Shown: positions 47,974 through 58,485, counted from the stretch's first letter. The stretch: DNA of 64,000 bases from Blastocatellia bacterium (GCA_963765495.1 CAVXWP010000002.1:128001-192000); one strand, 5' to 3'. Numbers and translations: made by a program. Notes: generated by a model not told the origin, from the sequence alone.

Positions 47974-48835
47974 ACCCTTTTCGACTTCTTTTTCGCTCTT
48001 CCCGCATCACGCATTTCCTTCATTTGTAGCTGTCTTTCGCGGTGTGGTTTAGCCAGCCCCGGTAATTGCCGCTATCTGGATCATGATGCGACTGAGACTC
48101 TGCTGGCTTTCCGCGACCTTGTTGTCTGATAAATCATCAAGGTGAATCTTTGCGCTAAGCGAGGAGGCCTCCTGGCGGAGTCTTTCAAGACGAACATAGA
48201 GTGTAAACAGATAGCGCCTTGCCGAGTCTAACTGGCTCTGACACCGCGCTGCGGATTCGGTCAATTCCATAATCGTGCTGTCAACTTCAATGGAGCGCGA
48301 TTTGAGCACAAGCAGTTTATTGATGTCACCCGTTCCAGCCAGTGCCTGCGGGTTCGAATCAAGCCTGTGCTTTTCGGTCTTCTTCTCTTCGAGCAAATTC
48401 TTTATCTGAACGAGCTTTAACTCGAGCCTTTCAACAGCCGATTCAGCCCTTCCCATCTCACCATTACTCACTTTTATTTGATGCATGTTCACCCTCACCA
48501 TTGCCAGTGCAGTTTTTCATCGGGCCACAGTGCTCTTACAATTTACGAATTGCCAATAAATACAATCTGAGACGAGGTGAGTCAAAATATGATCACTCGG
48601 CCCTCAACACAAGATTAGTGTTTTTTTACACCCGGCTCAGATGTTTAAAGCGCGGTCCACCCCGACGGCAGGGCTCGGACATCGCGATACTTCTCTATGA
48701 GTTCCTGATTTTCAGGTATATTCTTGACAAGAATATTGGCCACCCCGTCGGCATAGATCAGTTTCCACCCCTTGCTTGATTGCAGCAACCTGCACAGCGG
48801 AGCGTTTGCAGAGATCCAGACCCAATCGGATGCGG
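47913..48835 (+). repeat. Exact 26-bp direct repeat (47913-47938 and 48810-48835)
   Basis: AGAGATCCAGACCCAATCGGATGCGG at both sites. Confidence 0.95.
48049..48501 (-). CDS. Coiled-coil hypothetical protein
   Basis: 150 aa ORF with Leu/Glu/Arg heptad pattern. Confidence 0.55.
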   Translation of the reverse strand: MVRVNMHQIKVSNGEMGRAESAVERLELKLVQIKNLLEEKKTEKHRLDSNPQALAGTGDINKLLVLKSRSIEVDSTIMELTESAARCQSQLDSARRYLFTLYVRLERLRQEASSLSAKIHLDDLSDNKVAESQQSLSRIMIQIAAITGAG

Positions 48836-49463
48836 TCAGCAAGAGGACCATACCAAAGATGCATCCTGCGTGAAGGTTGACCCAGACAATCATCAGTGGC
48901 GGCAGAAATTTCAGATAATTCAATCCTTCACGTTGAAAGAGTTCCAGTACTATAAAAAATGCGAGAGTCATCAGGAAGGAAAACAGATGCGGACGAGCAT
49001 GCCAGTGGGCTCTTGATGCCAGTACGGCCATCACGACAAGCTGGATTGCCGCCAAAGGGTTTACCCGTCTGAAGATCAGAAATTTGTAAAGCAACAGGAA
49101 TGTCAGGCTAATGATCGCCACCGAAACCAGCACTACCCCATTCAACCCCATCAATTGATAAAAGAGAGCCATTATGACCTCGGCCAGCCATTCGTGAGCC
49201 GTCCAGGGTGCTCCGGCCATTGTGTGTGAATATGGGTCCTGTAAGGGAACACTAAATGTCCTCAGTATGTTCTCACCCGTTAAGATGTGCCAGGCCGTAT
49301 CGCCATCACCCAGAAGCGTCTGACCAATATTGAGACTCAGCAGAAAGATGCCTATAAACAGGGCATCTCCTATTGACGGCATCAGAAACTCTCGCACACC
49401 GGGCCGTTCAACCGCTTGATTACTATAAGGGCTTTCAATGATATCCCACATATCCATAGACAC
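48645..49463 (-). pseudogene. GT-C-like multi-TM membrane protein with internal deletion
   Basis: DGDTAWHILTGE..DPYS.T..W.AHEWL, ARPHLFS and WVNLHAG jump directly to a C-terminal-looking WKLIYAD.VANI segment; the junction carries the 26-bp copy. Confidence 0.65.
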
Positions 49464-49865
49464 AAATATTGAGCGATTTATAGAGCCCCGATCTTTGCAT
49501 GTACTGGGGTGAGCGTCGCGGGAGCAACCAAATGGACCGTGAATATTACAGGAAACAGTAACCCTCTTCTGCCACTCGAAATCCTACCATCCGAGCAAAC
49601 GGGGGACAACAGTTTTGTTTGCCATGAATTTTACTACTTTCGAATCAGCCAGGTATTGCCGCTTTATGCTTCCATCTTTGACAGTAATCTTGTTCTCACA
49701 TGTTTATTGTGATATACATGTCGTTTCAAACTCATGCAGTAAGGTTTTCGGCACAAAAGCGGGGTGAGCTTTTTCGGGTGGAAATCGTATACTGTATCCT
49801 CGCTCGTGTCGGCAACCAGAGCTTTTTCAAATCCAGCACCAGATTACCTCTCAAGGAGTAAAGCC

Positions 49866-50195
49866 ATAGCCCATTCAAATTCAGGTTTGACGCGACGGCG
49901 CTTTTTGGAAATGGTTGGTATGGCAGGCGGTTCTGCTGCGGTCTACGAGACGATGGTTGCGGTGGGATTGATAAACAGACCGGAGGCGTGGACCGGCCCG
50001 CCTCAGATACCGGCGGGGGCAGGGGAAGGTAAAACCGTTCTGATTCTGGGCGCGGGCATCGGCGGGCTTACAACCGCTTATATGCTCAGCCGAGCCGGGT
50101 TTAGATGCCAGATTTATGAGGCTCAGGACAGAGCCGGTGGCCGCAATCACACCGCTCGCCGTGGGACGATCATAGTCGAAGAGAGTAATTCGTGA
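49866..50195 (+). pseudogene. Truncated Tat-exported flavin amine oxidase / L-amino-acid oxidase
   Basis: AAGGAG RBS followed by ATA in place of ATG; TRRRFL Tat motif; ILGAGIGGL..YEAQDRAGGR; stops after about 109 codons at a repeat element. Confidence 0.8.
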
Positions 50196-50299
50196 TCGGT
50201 GAAGAACGAGAATTAGACAGGATTAACAAGATTAACACTTTTTTTTCAACCGCCTTTCAGAAATCCTGTTAATCCTGTCAAAAACATTCATCTCTTCAC
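50191..50299. repeat. MITE-like palindromic element (GACAGGATTAACA family)
   Basis: GTGAAGA..GACAGGATTAACAAGATT / AATCCTGTTAATCCTGTC..TCTTCAC nested inverted repeats. Confidence 0.8.
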
Positions 50300-50342
50300 A
50301 CACACTCTCGCGCAGCGCCACGACTTGTCATAATATTTAGGC

Positions 50343-51113
50343 ATGAGTTTTAAGGATCATTTCTCAAGCCTCGCCCCGGACTATTCCCAATTCAGACCGC
50401 GCTATCCGAAATCATTGTTCGAGTATCTATCCTCGCTTGTAGCTCGCCACGAAAGAGCATGGGATTGCGGAACCGGCAGCGGGCAGGCGGCAAACGGCCT
50501 CGTGCCTTTCTTCGATCAGGTCGTCGCTACCGACGCGAGCCGCCAGCAGATCGCAAATGCTCAAAAACACGAACGGATTGTCTATCTTGTCTCTTATAGC
50601 GAGAGCGTAAATATTCAGTCCGACTCGGTTGATCTTGTCACAACAGCCCAGGCGATTCACTGGTTCAAGATTGACGGGTTCTTCAAAGAGGTGGCTAGAG
50701 TGGCGCGGGAAGATGGTGTGGTTGCGGTCTGGGCTTATCGCTTCATCTATATCTCCGATCCGATTGATGAGTTGCTTGAATACTTTCACGAGAAAATCAT
50801 CAAGCAGTACTGGAGCGCGGAGAACCGGATCGTAGACGAAGGATTGAAGTCACTCCCCTTCCCTTTCGATGAGATTCAGACGCCTGAATTTGAGATGGAG
50901 GCTGATTGGGATTTAGACCATCTGATCGGATTTCTGGGTACGTGGTCAGCCGTCAAACTATTCAAAGAGCACGAAGGGACCGATCCGATAAAGCCGATAG
51001 AGCGCGAACTGAGAGAGGCGTGGGGTGAGGCGCATCAGAAACGCAACATCAGATGGCCGCTCAGCCTGAGGGTCGGACGTATAACCGAAGGCGTAAAGGA
51101 GAGTGTGAAATGA
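50343..51113 (+). CDS. Class I SAM-dependent methyltransferase
   Basis: FKDHFS..Y..FRP.YP, WDCGTGSGQA, TAQAIHWF, TWSA. Confidence 0.92.
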   Translation: MSFKDHFSSLAPDYSQFRPRYPKSLFEYLSSLVARHERAWDCGTGSGQAANGLVPFFDQVVATDASRQQIANAQKHERIVYLVSYSESVNIQSDSVDLVTTAQAIHWFKIDGFFKEVARVAREDGVVAVWAYRFIYISDPIDELLEYFHEKIIKQYWSAENRIVDEGLKSLPFPFDEIQTPEFEMEADWDLDHLIGFLGTWSAVKLFKEHEGTDPIKPIERELREAWGEAHQKRNIRWPLSLRVGRITEGVKESVK

Positions 51114-51652
51114 GTGTCCTTGATTTTTTGCGGGAATCTTTTCGATATATGAAATGGGCAGATGCAGAAATATGGAAGACAGCCTTTGACACGACAGATG
51201 CTGAAACCGATAGTGAACTGCGAGATCGTTTTCTGCACATACACGTAGTCCAACAGGGTTTCTTTCACGTCTGGCGAGGCGCGGCCTTCGATTTTCAGGC
51301 CGCCATGCAGGCTCACAGCGAGTTGAACTCCATCTCATCGTGGGCAGAGCAATACCACATCGAGGTAGCCGATTTTCTCGCAACTCTCGATGAGGCGGCG
51401 CTTGATCGTCCGGTCGAATTGCCGTGGGCCGGGATAGTCACGGCGCGGATGGGTCGAGAGCCCAAAACGCCTACACTTCAAGACACGCTCCATCAGGTAG
51501 TAATGCACACAATTTATCATCGAGGTCAGGTGGCGACTCGATTGCGCGGGCTTGGAAGTGAGCCGCCGACTACTGACTTTATCGTCTGGGTCTGGGTGGG
51601 AAGGCCCGAACCAGTCTGGCCGACTCCGAAGAATACAAAGAGTGATGCGTGA
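51110..51652 (+). CDS. DinB/YfiT family protein
   Basis: Y..WAD, H(I)H, H..YHRGQV...LR.LG.EPP.TD; AAGGAG RBS; ATGA overlap. Confidence 0.9.
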   Translation: MSVLDFLRESFRYMKWADAEIWKTAFDTTDAETDSELRDRFLHIHVVQQGFFHVWRGAAFDFQAAMQAHSELNSISSWAEQYHIEVADFLATLDEAALDRPVELPWAGIVTARMGREPKTPTLQDTLHQVVMHTIYHRGQVATRLRGLGSEPPTTDFIVWVWVGRPEPVWPTPKNTKSDA

Positions 51653-51730
51653 TGCGTGATGCGTGACTCTCAGGGGCCTGCCAGTAAAAGTCAAGTTGTA
51701 AGACTGGTTAATCACGCATCATTCTTCACG
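51642..51730. repeat. Heptamer (GTGATGC)3 with inverted TCACGCATCA arm
   Basis: GTGATGCGTGATGCGTGATGCGTGA ... TCACGCATCATTCTTCAC; related arms at 30815-30842 and 48003-48013. Confidence 0.7.
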
Positions 51731-51750
51731 TCCCGATTTAGAGAGGCAAT

Positions 51751-52215
51751 ATGGGTTTGTTACCAGCCATTCAAATCAGTCTGTTGCTGATCGTTCTGCA
51801 CACACATCCGGCGTCCTCCGTTCCAGTCTCTCAGAAATACGCTCCCGTAGTGGGACGATGGCGAATCGAATTGAAAATTGATCGGACATCGGAGTCGCTT
51901 GAATTCGAAACCGACGGCAACGGCGTATATGGTCTGGGCACGGGATACTTTGTGTTCGTATCGCCCGAAGAGTCCAGACCCCGCGAGTATCCGGCCGCGT
52001 GGTCAAATATTGATCCGCAGCGAATCAACATCACAGCCGAAATGATCTTGCCTGACAAGGGCGCTTCTCATCCGGGAACGCTTCTGTTAAGAACGGTCCT
52101 GGCTGCGGGCAAGGACATAAAGGGAGAGGCGATATTTATTGACGAGGCTTTCAAGAGCCATCGTGGATCGTTCACAATGAAGCGACTGTTAAGCCCCGAG
52201 GAATTGAAACGCTAG
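51751..52215 (+). CDS. Secreted hypothetical protein
   Basis: GAGG RBS; signal-like N-terminus; VGRWRIE beta-rich domain. Confidence 0.6.
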   Translation: MGLLPAIQISLLLIVLHTHPASSVPVSQKYAPVVGRWRIELKIDRTSESLEFETDGNGVYGLGTGYFVFVSPEESRPREYPAAWSNIDPQRINITAEMILPDKGASHPGTLLLRTVLAAGKDIKGEAIFIDEAFKSHRGSFTMKRLLSPEELKR

Positions 52216-52307
52216 ATCTATTTCATGAGTGAATCGATTGCATAAAGTCCGATGGTCTGTATGATAAAAAGATCGATTTGCTGAGAGCTTGAACGGAGAG
52301 AAAAACA

Positions 52308-53513
52308 ATGAAACGAATCCTGCTTATAGTGTTGATCGCCTCGGTGTCTGTCAACATTGTCTACGGCCAAAAATTCGAGCAACTTGCGAAGAGACCTCCG
52401 ATGGGCTGGAATAGTTGGAACAAGTTTGGATGTGATGTAAACGAGAAACTGATCCGAGAGACCGCAGACGCAATGGTTGCATCGGGGATGAAAGAGGCCG
52501 GATACGAATATGTCAACATTGACGATTGCTGGCACGGGAAACGCGATGACCTCGGGTTCATTCAGCCCGACCCGGAGCGGTTCCCTTCGGGGATGAAGGC
52601 GCTCGCCGATTATATACATTCCAAAGGGTTGAAGCTGGGCATCTATTCAGATGCAGGCTGGAAAACCTGCGGCGGGCGACCGGGCAGCAGAGGATATGAG
52701 TTTCAGGATGCGCTCACCTATGCGAAATGGGGAGTCGATTATTTGAAATATGACTGGTGTAACACAGAGGCCTTGAATGCCGAAGGTGCTTATCTGACCA
52801 TGCGAGACGCGCTTTATGCTACGGGCCGCCCAATTGTCTTCAGCATGTGCGAATGGGGGAGCAACAAGCCCTGGGAATGGGGGAGTAAGGTAGGCCATCT
52901 GTGGCGGACTACAGGAGATGTTTATAACTGTTTCGACTGTGTGAAGGATCACGGCACCTGGAAATCGTGGGGCGTTATGCAGATTCTGGATATGCAAAAA
53001 GGGCTGCGGCAGTATGCCGGGCCGGGGCACTGGAACGACCCCGACATGCTAGAAGTCGGCAACGGCATGAGCGTGAATGAAGACCGGGCGCACTTCTCTA
53101 TGTGGTGCATGCTTGCCGCGCCCCTGATTTCTGGAAATGATCTGCGAACTATGTCGGATGAAACCAGGCGAATACTGACAAACCATGAAGTGATTGCGGT
53201 AGATCAAGACGGCCTCGGCATACAGGGCTTTCAATACTCGGCAAAAGACGGCGTAGAAATCTGGTTCAAACCTCTTTCAAACGGCGACTGGGCTATGGTC
53301 ATTTTGAATCGGAGCACGGAAGGGCGAAGAGTCTCGTTCGACTGGAAGAGCGAAAACGTGACCGACACCCTGTCGAATAGAGGGGCCGGTTTCAATACGA
53401 CAACCTATAAACTTCGAGATCTTTGGGCGGGGCGTGATGCAGGCACAACCGAACGAACCTTATCGGCTGACGTGCCTCCGCACGATGTCCTGATGTTTCG
53501 CCTTCGGAGATAA
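52308..53513 (+). CDS. Glycoside hydrolase family 27 alpha-galactosidase
   Basis: PPMGWNSWN, NIDDCW, YLKYDWC, WRTTGD, WNDPDMLEVGN. Confidence 0.96.
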   Translation: MKRILLIVLIASVSVNIVYGQKFEQLAKRPPMGWNSWNKFGCDVNEKLIRETADAMVASGMKEAGYEYVNIDDCWHGKRDDLGFIQPDPERFPSGMKALADYIHSKGLKLGIYSDAGWKTCGGRPGSRGYEFQDALTYAKWGVDYLKYDWCNTEALNAEGAYLTMRDALYATGRPIVFSMCEWGSNKPWEWGSKVGHLWRTTGDVYNCFDCVKDHGTWKSWGVMQILDMQKGLRQYAGPGHWNDPDMLEVGNGMSVNEDRAHFSMWCMLAAPLISGNDLRTMSDETRRILTNHEVIAVDQDGLGIQGFQYSAKDGVEIWFKPLSNGDWAMVILNRSTEGRRVSFDWKSENVTDTLSNRGAGFNTTTYKLRDLWAGRDAGTTERTLSADVPPHDVLMFRLRR

Positions 53514-53529
53514 TGGCTTTGTGAATGTT

Positions 53530-53853
53530 TCAAGTCGGAATATAGAGCGCCCCTTTTTCCCGCAACAGCTTTGCTGCGCGCTGATTCGATAGCTCATCGA
53601 GAATGGCCTGCCAGCAGACCTGAAAATCCAATTCATCGGCATTCGGGTTAACGAGCAGGAATCGGCGGCGGGTTTCTTCTCTCAATCGCTCTTCATCGGC
53701 TTTGATCTTCATCTGGCGGTCGTGATCGCGTTTTGTCCTCTCTTTTTCGATCCACTCAAGATACTTGCTTCTTGCTTCTTGTTTGCATTGCTGCCCATCC
53801 GTTGTTTGACCATCCATCCCATTTAGCTGCTGCGCTGTAATAAAAGCTCCCAT
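53530..53853 (-). CDS. Small helical hypothetical protein
   Basis: AGGGGG RBS before ATG 53853; 107 aa, charged. Confidence 0.55.
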   Translation of the reverse strand: MGAFITAQQLNGMDGQTTDGQQCKQEARSKYLEWIEKERTKRDHDRQMKIKADEERLREETRRRFLLVNPNADELDFQVCWQAILDELSNQRAAKLLREKGALYIPT

Positions 53854-54064
53854 TGAATATACCCCCTGCCGATGAAAATGATGCTCCTCAGCACCCAGAC
53901 TTCGAATTGAAATACAATTGAGATACCAGAGCCCGAACCATCTCAACACTCGTTCTAAGTGGCACAAACACAAAGGCAAACAAAAGGCGAGAAAAGAGGG
54001 TGAGCTTTTGTTCAGTCAGACTGACGGAATCATTTCGGGATATGTCCTTTCAGATTGAAGTGTT

Positions 54065-56014
54065 TTACCTGCCTACTCCACTCACAACCGACAGGACGAC
54101 TTGCGACGGGTTTGCCGCGTTGTGATAGACGCGCTCGGTAGCCGTGTGAAAATCGCGCTCGGTAGCCTGTTTATAATTCGGCATGAATTTTTGCGGGTTG
54201 CGCGCGACAAGCGGGAACCAGGTGCTCTGGACTTGTACCATTATTCGATGCCCTTTCTTAAACGTATGCACGATGCCTGGCATCACATATGAGATTTTCG
54301 TCGGCGTGCCGGGCTTCAATGGTTCAGGTTTTTCAAAGCTATTGCGGAAGCGCGCAGGGAACGGCTCTCCTCGCAAAAGCATTTGATAACCGCCCGGATC
54401 AAATACACAGGCGGCCGAATCTTCGGGCGGCTTTACGCCTTCGGGGTATTCATAATCATCCGGGAAAACGTCTATCAGCTTGACCACAAAATCCGAATCC
54501 GTCCCGCTCGACGAGATAAACAATTGCGGTCTGATGTTTCCCGCAACAGTAAGGTCATCGCTTAAAGGCTCGGTCTCATAAACGAGCACATCCGGGCGAC
54601 GGGCGGCGAAACGCTGGTCTTCTGTCATGAAATCTTTCGGATAATTGAGCGTTATCTTCTGTGTGTAAGGCACCGGCTTCAAGGGGTCGCTCACATATTC
54701 GTCATAACCTGACCCGCTTGCCGGTTTCTCAAATGAAAGCTTGCCGTCTGCTTGCAGATAAAGAGGCGTCTCGGTCGGCCCTTCCGGCTCCCAGGTCTTA
54801 TAATCGCGCCACTCATTTGCGCCTGTGTCGAAAAGATTGACCTCCTTGATTTGCGAGATGTCGCCTTTGTCTTTCAGGAAATGATTGAAGAAAGGCAGTT
54901 CGAACTTTTCCCGGTAGTCCAATGAATTCTTCTGCCCGAAAAAGGCCGTTCCCAACCAGTCGCCATCCGAACGTTCCCAGCCGCCGTGAAACCACGGCCC
55001 CATTACAAGCACATTGAAAATGCCCGGATTCTGGCGTTCGATGTGCTGGTAGGTTTGAAGAGCGCCAAAGAGGTCTTCGTCGTCGTACCAGCCGCCGACC
55101 GTCATCACGGCGGCCTTTATGTTTTTCAGGTTCGGCAGAATGTTGCGCTCTTTCCAGAACTGGTCATAATCGGGGTGCGCCATCATCTGATCCCAGAACT
55201 TGATCCGCGTGCCCAGTAGTTTTTGATATATATCGCCGGAATGGCCGAGGCCGCCCATCTTCAGATAGAAAGCGTAGCCGTCCTGGGTTCCCAGATCAGG
55301 CTTCTTCATATAATCAAAGGATGAGGTCGGAGAGGGACGCGGCTGGCCGAAGAACCCAAAGAAGGCATAGTTTTGCGCCAGTATGAACGCGCCGTTGTGA
55401 TGCATGTCGTCGCCGTGGAACCAGTCGGAAACCGGGGCCTGTGGCGAAATGGCCTTGATTGCCGGGTGTCCGTCGATCCCGGCCATCGAAGTGTAAAAAC
55501 CGGGATACGAGATTCCGTAAACGCCTACGCGCCCGTTTTGGTTGGCTACGTTTTTCACAAGCCAGTCAACCGTGTCATAAGTGTCGGTCGTTTCGTCGAT
55601 CTGCTTTCCGGTCTTGTTCGGGATATAAGGGCGCACATCCTCATACTCGCCCTCGCTCATCCATCGCCCGCGCACATCCTGATAGACGAAGATATAACCT
55701 TCACGCGCAAAAAGCTCGTTTGGCCCCAGGGATGTTTTATATTCGTTTGCGCCGTATGGAGCGACAGTATAAGGGGTGCGGCTGAACAGGATAGGATACC
55801 TCTGCGATGTATCTTTCGGCTCGTAAATCGAGGTGAAGAGCTTCACACCATCGCGCATCTCGATCCTGACTTCACGCTTGGTGTAATGGCTTTTGATATA
55901 GTCGGCCAGCTCCTGTTGTTGCGGGGTCAGTTGCTCCTGTGGGAACAAAGGAGCGGGCGACATGAAAAACAATAAGGCGAGGATCGCGAAATTCAAGTAA
56001 CGAGATGGTTTCAT
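54065..56014 (-). CDS. CocE/NonD family hydrolase (alpha-amino acid ester hydrolase-like)
   Basis: MRDGVKL, RTPY, QDVRGR..SEG, GISYPG nucleophile, GPWFHG; signal peptide. Confidence 0.95.
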   Translation of the reverse strand: MKPSRYLNFAILALLFFMSPAPLFPQEQLTPQQQELADYIKSHYTKREVRIEMRDGVKLFTSIYEPKDTSQRYPILFSRTPYTVAPYGANEYKTSLGPNELFAREGYIFVYQDVRGRWMSEGEYEDVRPYIPNKTGKQIDETTDTYDTVDWLVKNVANQNGRVGVYGISYPGFYTSMAGIDGHPAIKAISPQAPVSDWFHGDDMHHNGAFILAQNYAFFGFFGQPRPSPTSSFDYMKKPDLGTQDGYAFYLKMGGLGHSGDIYQKLLGTRIKFWDQMMAHPDYDQFWKERNILPNLKNIKAAVMTVGGWYDDEDLFGALQTYQHIERQNPGIFNVLVMGPWFHGGWERSDGDWLGTAFFGQKNSLDYREKFELPFFNHFLKDKGDISQIKEVNLFDTGANEWRDYKTWEPEGPTETPLYLQADGKLSFEKPASGSGYDEYVSDPLKPVPYTQKITLNYPKDFMTEDQRFAARRPDVLVYETEPLSDDLTVAGNIRPQLFISSSGTDSDFVVKLIDVFPDDYEYPEGVKPPEDSAACVFDPGGYQMLLRGEPFPARFRNSFEKPEPLKPGTPTKISYVMPGIVHTFKKGHRIMVQVQSTWFPLVARNPQKFMPNYKQATERDFHTATERVYHNAANPSQVVLSVVSGVGR

Positions 56015-56129
56015 AATTTCCCCAAAGATCATGGATTGAACTTCGTTTTCATTCTCTCTCAATGAGAAATCTTAGACAAGCCGCCGAGCGCACTTGAAAG
56101 TTCAGAAAATACGTCATAAGTTTGTCGGC

Positions 56130-57653
56130 ATGAAAAATGACCTGTTGAACCTCTGGAAAATCCTGACTCTCGCTTTTTTCCTCTTCCTGCCTATGATCGC
56201 CTCATCTTATTCAGGGCAAAAACAACTCGGAATATTTGAAGGAGAGACCGACATCGGCAACGATGTCCAGGCCGGTTCCACCAGTTACGACGCAACAGAA
56301 CAGGCATTTACCATCGAAGGTTCGGGCACAAATATGTGGCTCGACAAAGATGAGTTTCACTTCGTCTACAAGCGGATCAGAGGGAATTTCATACTGAGAG
56401 CCCGCGCTCAATTTATCGGCAAGGGAGTCGAGGCGCATCGAAAGATCGGATGGATAGTGCGGTCAAGCCTTGAATCGAATTCCGCGCACGTCAACGCGGC
56501 GGTCCACGGCGACGGTCTTACATCTCTTCAATTCAGGAGGGCTGCCGGGTCCACTACCGAGGAGATGAAATCGCCTCTGAGCGGAGCAGACATAATACAA
56601 CTCGAACGAAAGGGCAACACCTACATCATGTCTGTGGCGCGATTTGGCGACACATTCGTGACAGAGCAGATTTCAGATCTCGCGCTTGGCGACGAGGTTT
56701 ACGCAGGGCTTTATGTCTGCTCGCACAACAAGGACGTAAAAGAGAGAGCCGTCTTCAGCAATGTTCGAATCGTTATACCGGCCAAAGAAGATTTCGTGCC
56801 TTACAGAGATTATATAGGCAGCAATTTAGAGATCATGAATGTTGCTGACGGAAGGCGAAAAGTCATCTATCAATCACCCGATTCTATTCAAGCGCCGAAC
56901 TGGACCCCGGATGGCAAGGCATTGATCTACAACACGAAAGGGCGGCTTTATCGCTTCCATATGGCTTCGGAGAGTCCAGCCGTTATAGAGACCGGCTTCG
57001 CTACCAGTAACAACAACGATCACGTTCTTTCCTTTGGTGGAAAGATGATAGGCATCTCTAACCACAGCAAGGATGACGAGAATAAATCCATCATCTACAC
57101 TCTGCCGACCAGCGGAGGAACGCCGAAAAGAATTACCGCTCACGGTCCTTCCTATTTTCACGGATGGTCCCCGGATGGCAAGTATCTGGTTTACACGGGT
57201 GAGCGAGGCGGAAAGTTCGATATTTATAAGATACCGTCGCAGGGGGGCGAAGAGATTCGCCTCACAACCGCAGAGGGGCTGGATGACGGCCCCGAGTTCA
57301 CGCCCAACGGCAAGTATATCTATTTCAACTCTACGCGCACCGGGACCATGCAAATCTGGCGGATGAAACCCGACGGTAGCGATCAGCAACAGATCACGGA
57401 CGACGAATTCAATAACTGGTTTCCTCATATTTCGCCCGATGGAAAGTGGATTGTCTTCCTGTCATTCAACAAAGATGTCAGACCCGACGATCATCCATTT
57501 TACAAACATGTGTATATCCGATTGATGCCCGTTGAGGGCGGCAAGCCAAAGGTTATTGCCTATGTTTATGGCGGTCAGGGGACGATCAATGTTCCGTCCT
57601 GGTCGCCCGACAGCAAGCAAATAGCCTTTGTCAGCAATACGGAAACCAGATAG
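56130..57653 (+). CDS. TolB-like PD40/beta-propeller periplasmic protein with N-terminal beta-sandwich
   Basis: Repeated PNWTPDGK, WSPDGK, FTPNGK, ISPDGK, WSPDSK; signal peptide. Confidence 0.88.
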   Translation: MKNDLLNLWKILTLAFFLFLPMIASSYSGQKQLGIFEGETDIGNDVQAGSTSYDATEQAFTIEGSGTNMWLDKDEFHFVYKRIRGNFILRARAQFIGKGVEAHRKIGWIVRSSLESNSAHVNAAVHGDGLTSLQFRRAAGSTTEEMKSPLSGADIIQLERKGNTYIMSVARFGDTFVTEQISDLALGDEVYAGLYVCSHNKDVKERAVFSNVRIVIPAKEDFVPYRDYIGSNLEIMNVADGRRKVIYQSPDSIQAPNWTPDGKALIYNTKGRLYRFHMASESPAVIETGFATSNNNDHVLSFGGKMIGISNHSKDDENKSIIYTLPTSGGTPKRITAHGPSYFHGWSPDGKYLVYTGERGGKFDIYKIPSQGGEEIRLTTAEGLDDGPEFTPNGKYIYFNSTRTGTMQIWRMKPDGSDQQQITDDEFNNWFPHISPDGKWIVFLSFNKDVRPDDHPFYKHVYIRLMPVEGGKPKVIAYVYGGQGTINVPSWSPDSKQIAFVSNTETR

Positions 57654-57813
57654 TAGCCATCCATTCTGATCGGTCACTCCGATAGAAAAGGACTTAATCG
57701 AACAATTCAGCACATCTGTGGCTTTTGATGCGGAAAAATAGCTTTCAATTGTAACCGTGCGATGATTCGATACGTTTACCGGGTGACAGCAAATTTTTCT
57801 GGAGGGTTGAATT

Positions 57814-58236
57814 GTGAAATCGAAACTTATCTGCGCGTCGTTTCTCGTCCTTGGGTTATTTGTTTTTCCGCTAACGGCTCAGGAAAAGCAATCGAGAACT
57901 GCTCTGTCTCCGAGTCCGAAAATGGTTCTCGCTTCTTTTGAACACTCTTTCGGAGATGTCACGCCCGGCACGCCTCTTACCTACACCTTCAAAATCAATA
58001 ATCAGGGAGATTCCAATCTGGAAATCTCTGAAGTCCACCCGTCCTGTGGATGTACGACCAGCGATTACGATAAGGTTGTGGCACCAGGCACTACGGGAGG
58101 GATAACGCTTGTCGTTGCAAAGACCGAAGCCTACAAGGGCGAGGTGACCAAGACGGCGACCGTTACGACAAATGATCCTGCTCATCCGACCTTCACGCTT
58201 ACGCTTAAGGCCAACTTCAAACCCGAAACCAAATAA
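57814..58236 (+). CDS. DUF1573 Ig-like secreted protein
   Basis: SFGDV..F.I.N.G..L.I..V.PSCGCT..PG..G.I..K...V.TNDP; GGAGG RBS. Confidence 0.9.
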   Translation: MKSKLICASFLVLGLFVFPLTAQEKQSRTALSPSPKMVLASFEHSFGDVTPGTPLTYTFKINNQGDSNLEISEVHPSCGCTTSDYDKVVAPGTTGGITLVVAKTEAYKGEVTKTATVTTNDPAHPTFTLTLKANFKPETK

Positions 58237-58281
58237 CCTGGCCATCCGATTTTCCCCAAGACCTAGTTTGGGATAATAGAA

Positions 58282-58362
58282 ATAGACCACGGATGACGCG
58301 GATTAGATCATATATGGTCTGATCCGTGTGAATCCGTCTGATCCGTGTCATCCGTGGTCTAT
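58282..58362. repeat. Palindromic element homologous to 13637-13765
   Basis: ATAGACCACGGATGAC / GTCATCCGTGGTCTAT perfect 16-bp arms; shared core ATCATATAnGGTCTGATC. Confidence 0.88.
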
Positions 58363-58485
58363 CCCTCTTTGCCCGTACCTCAAATCACCTTTTAACAGGC
58401 TGTCATCGAATCTGTTGGAACAGCCCCTGCCTAAAATGTTAGAGTTTTCCGGCCAGTACATTTTCAGCATTGCTCAAGAGACGAA

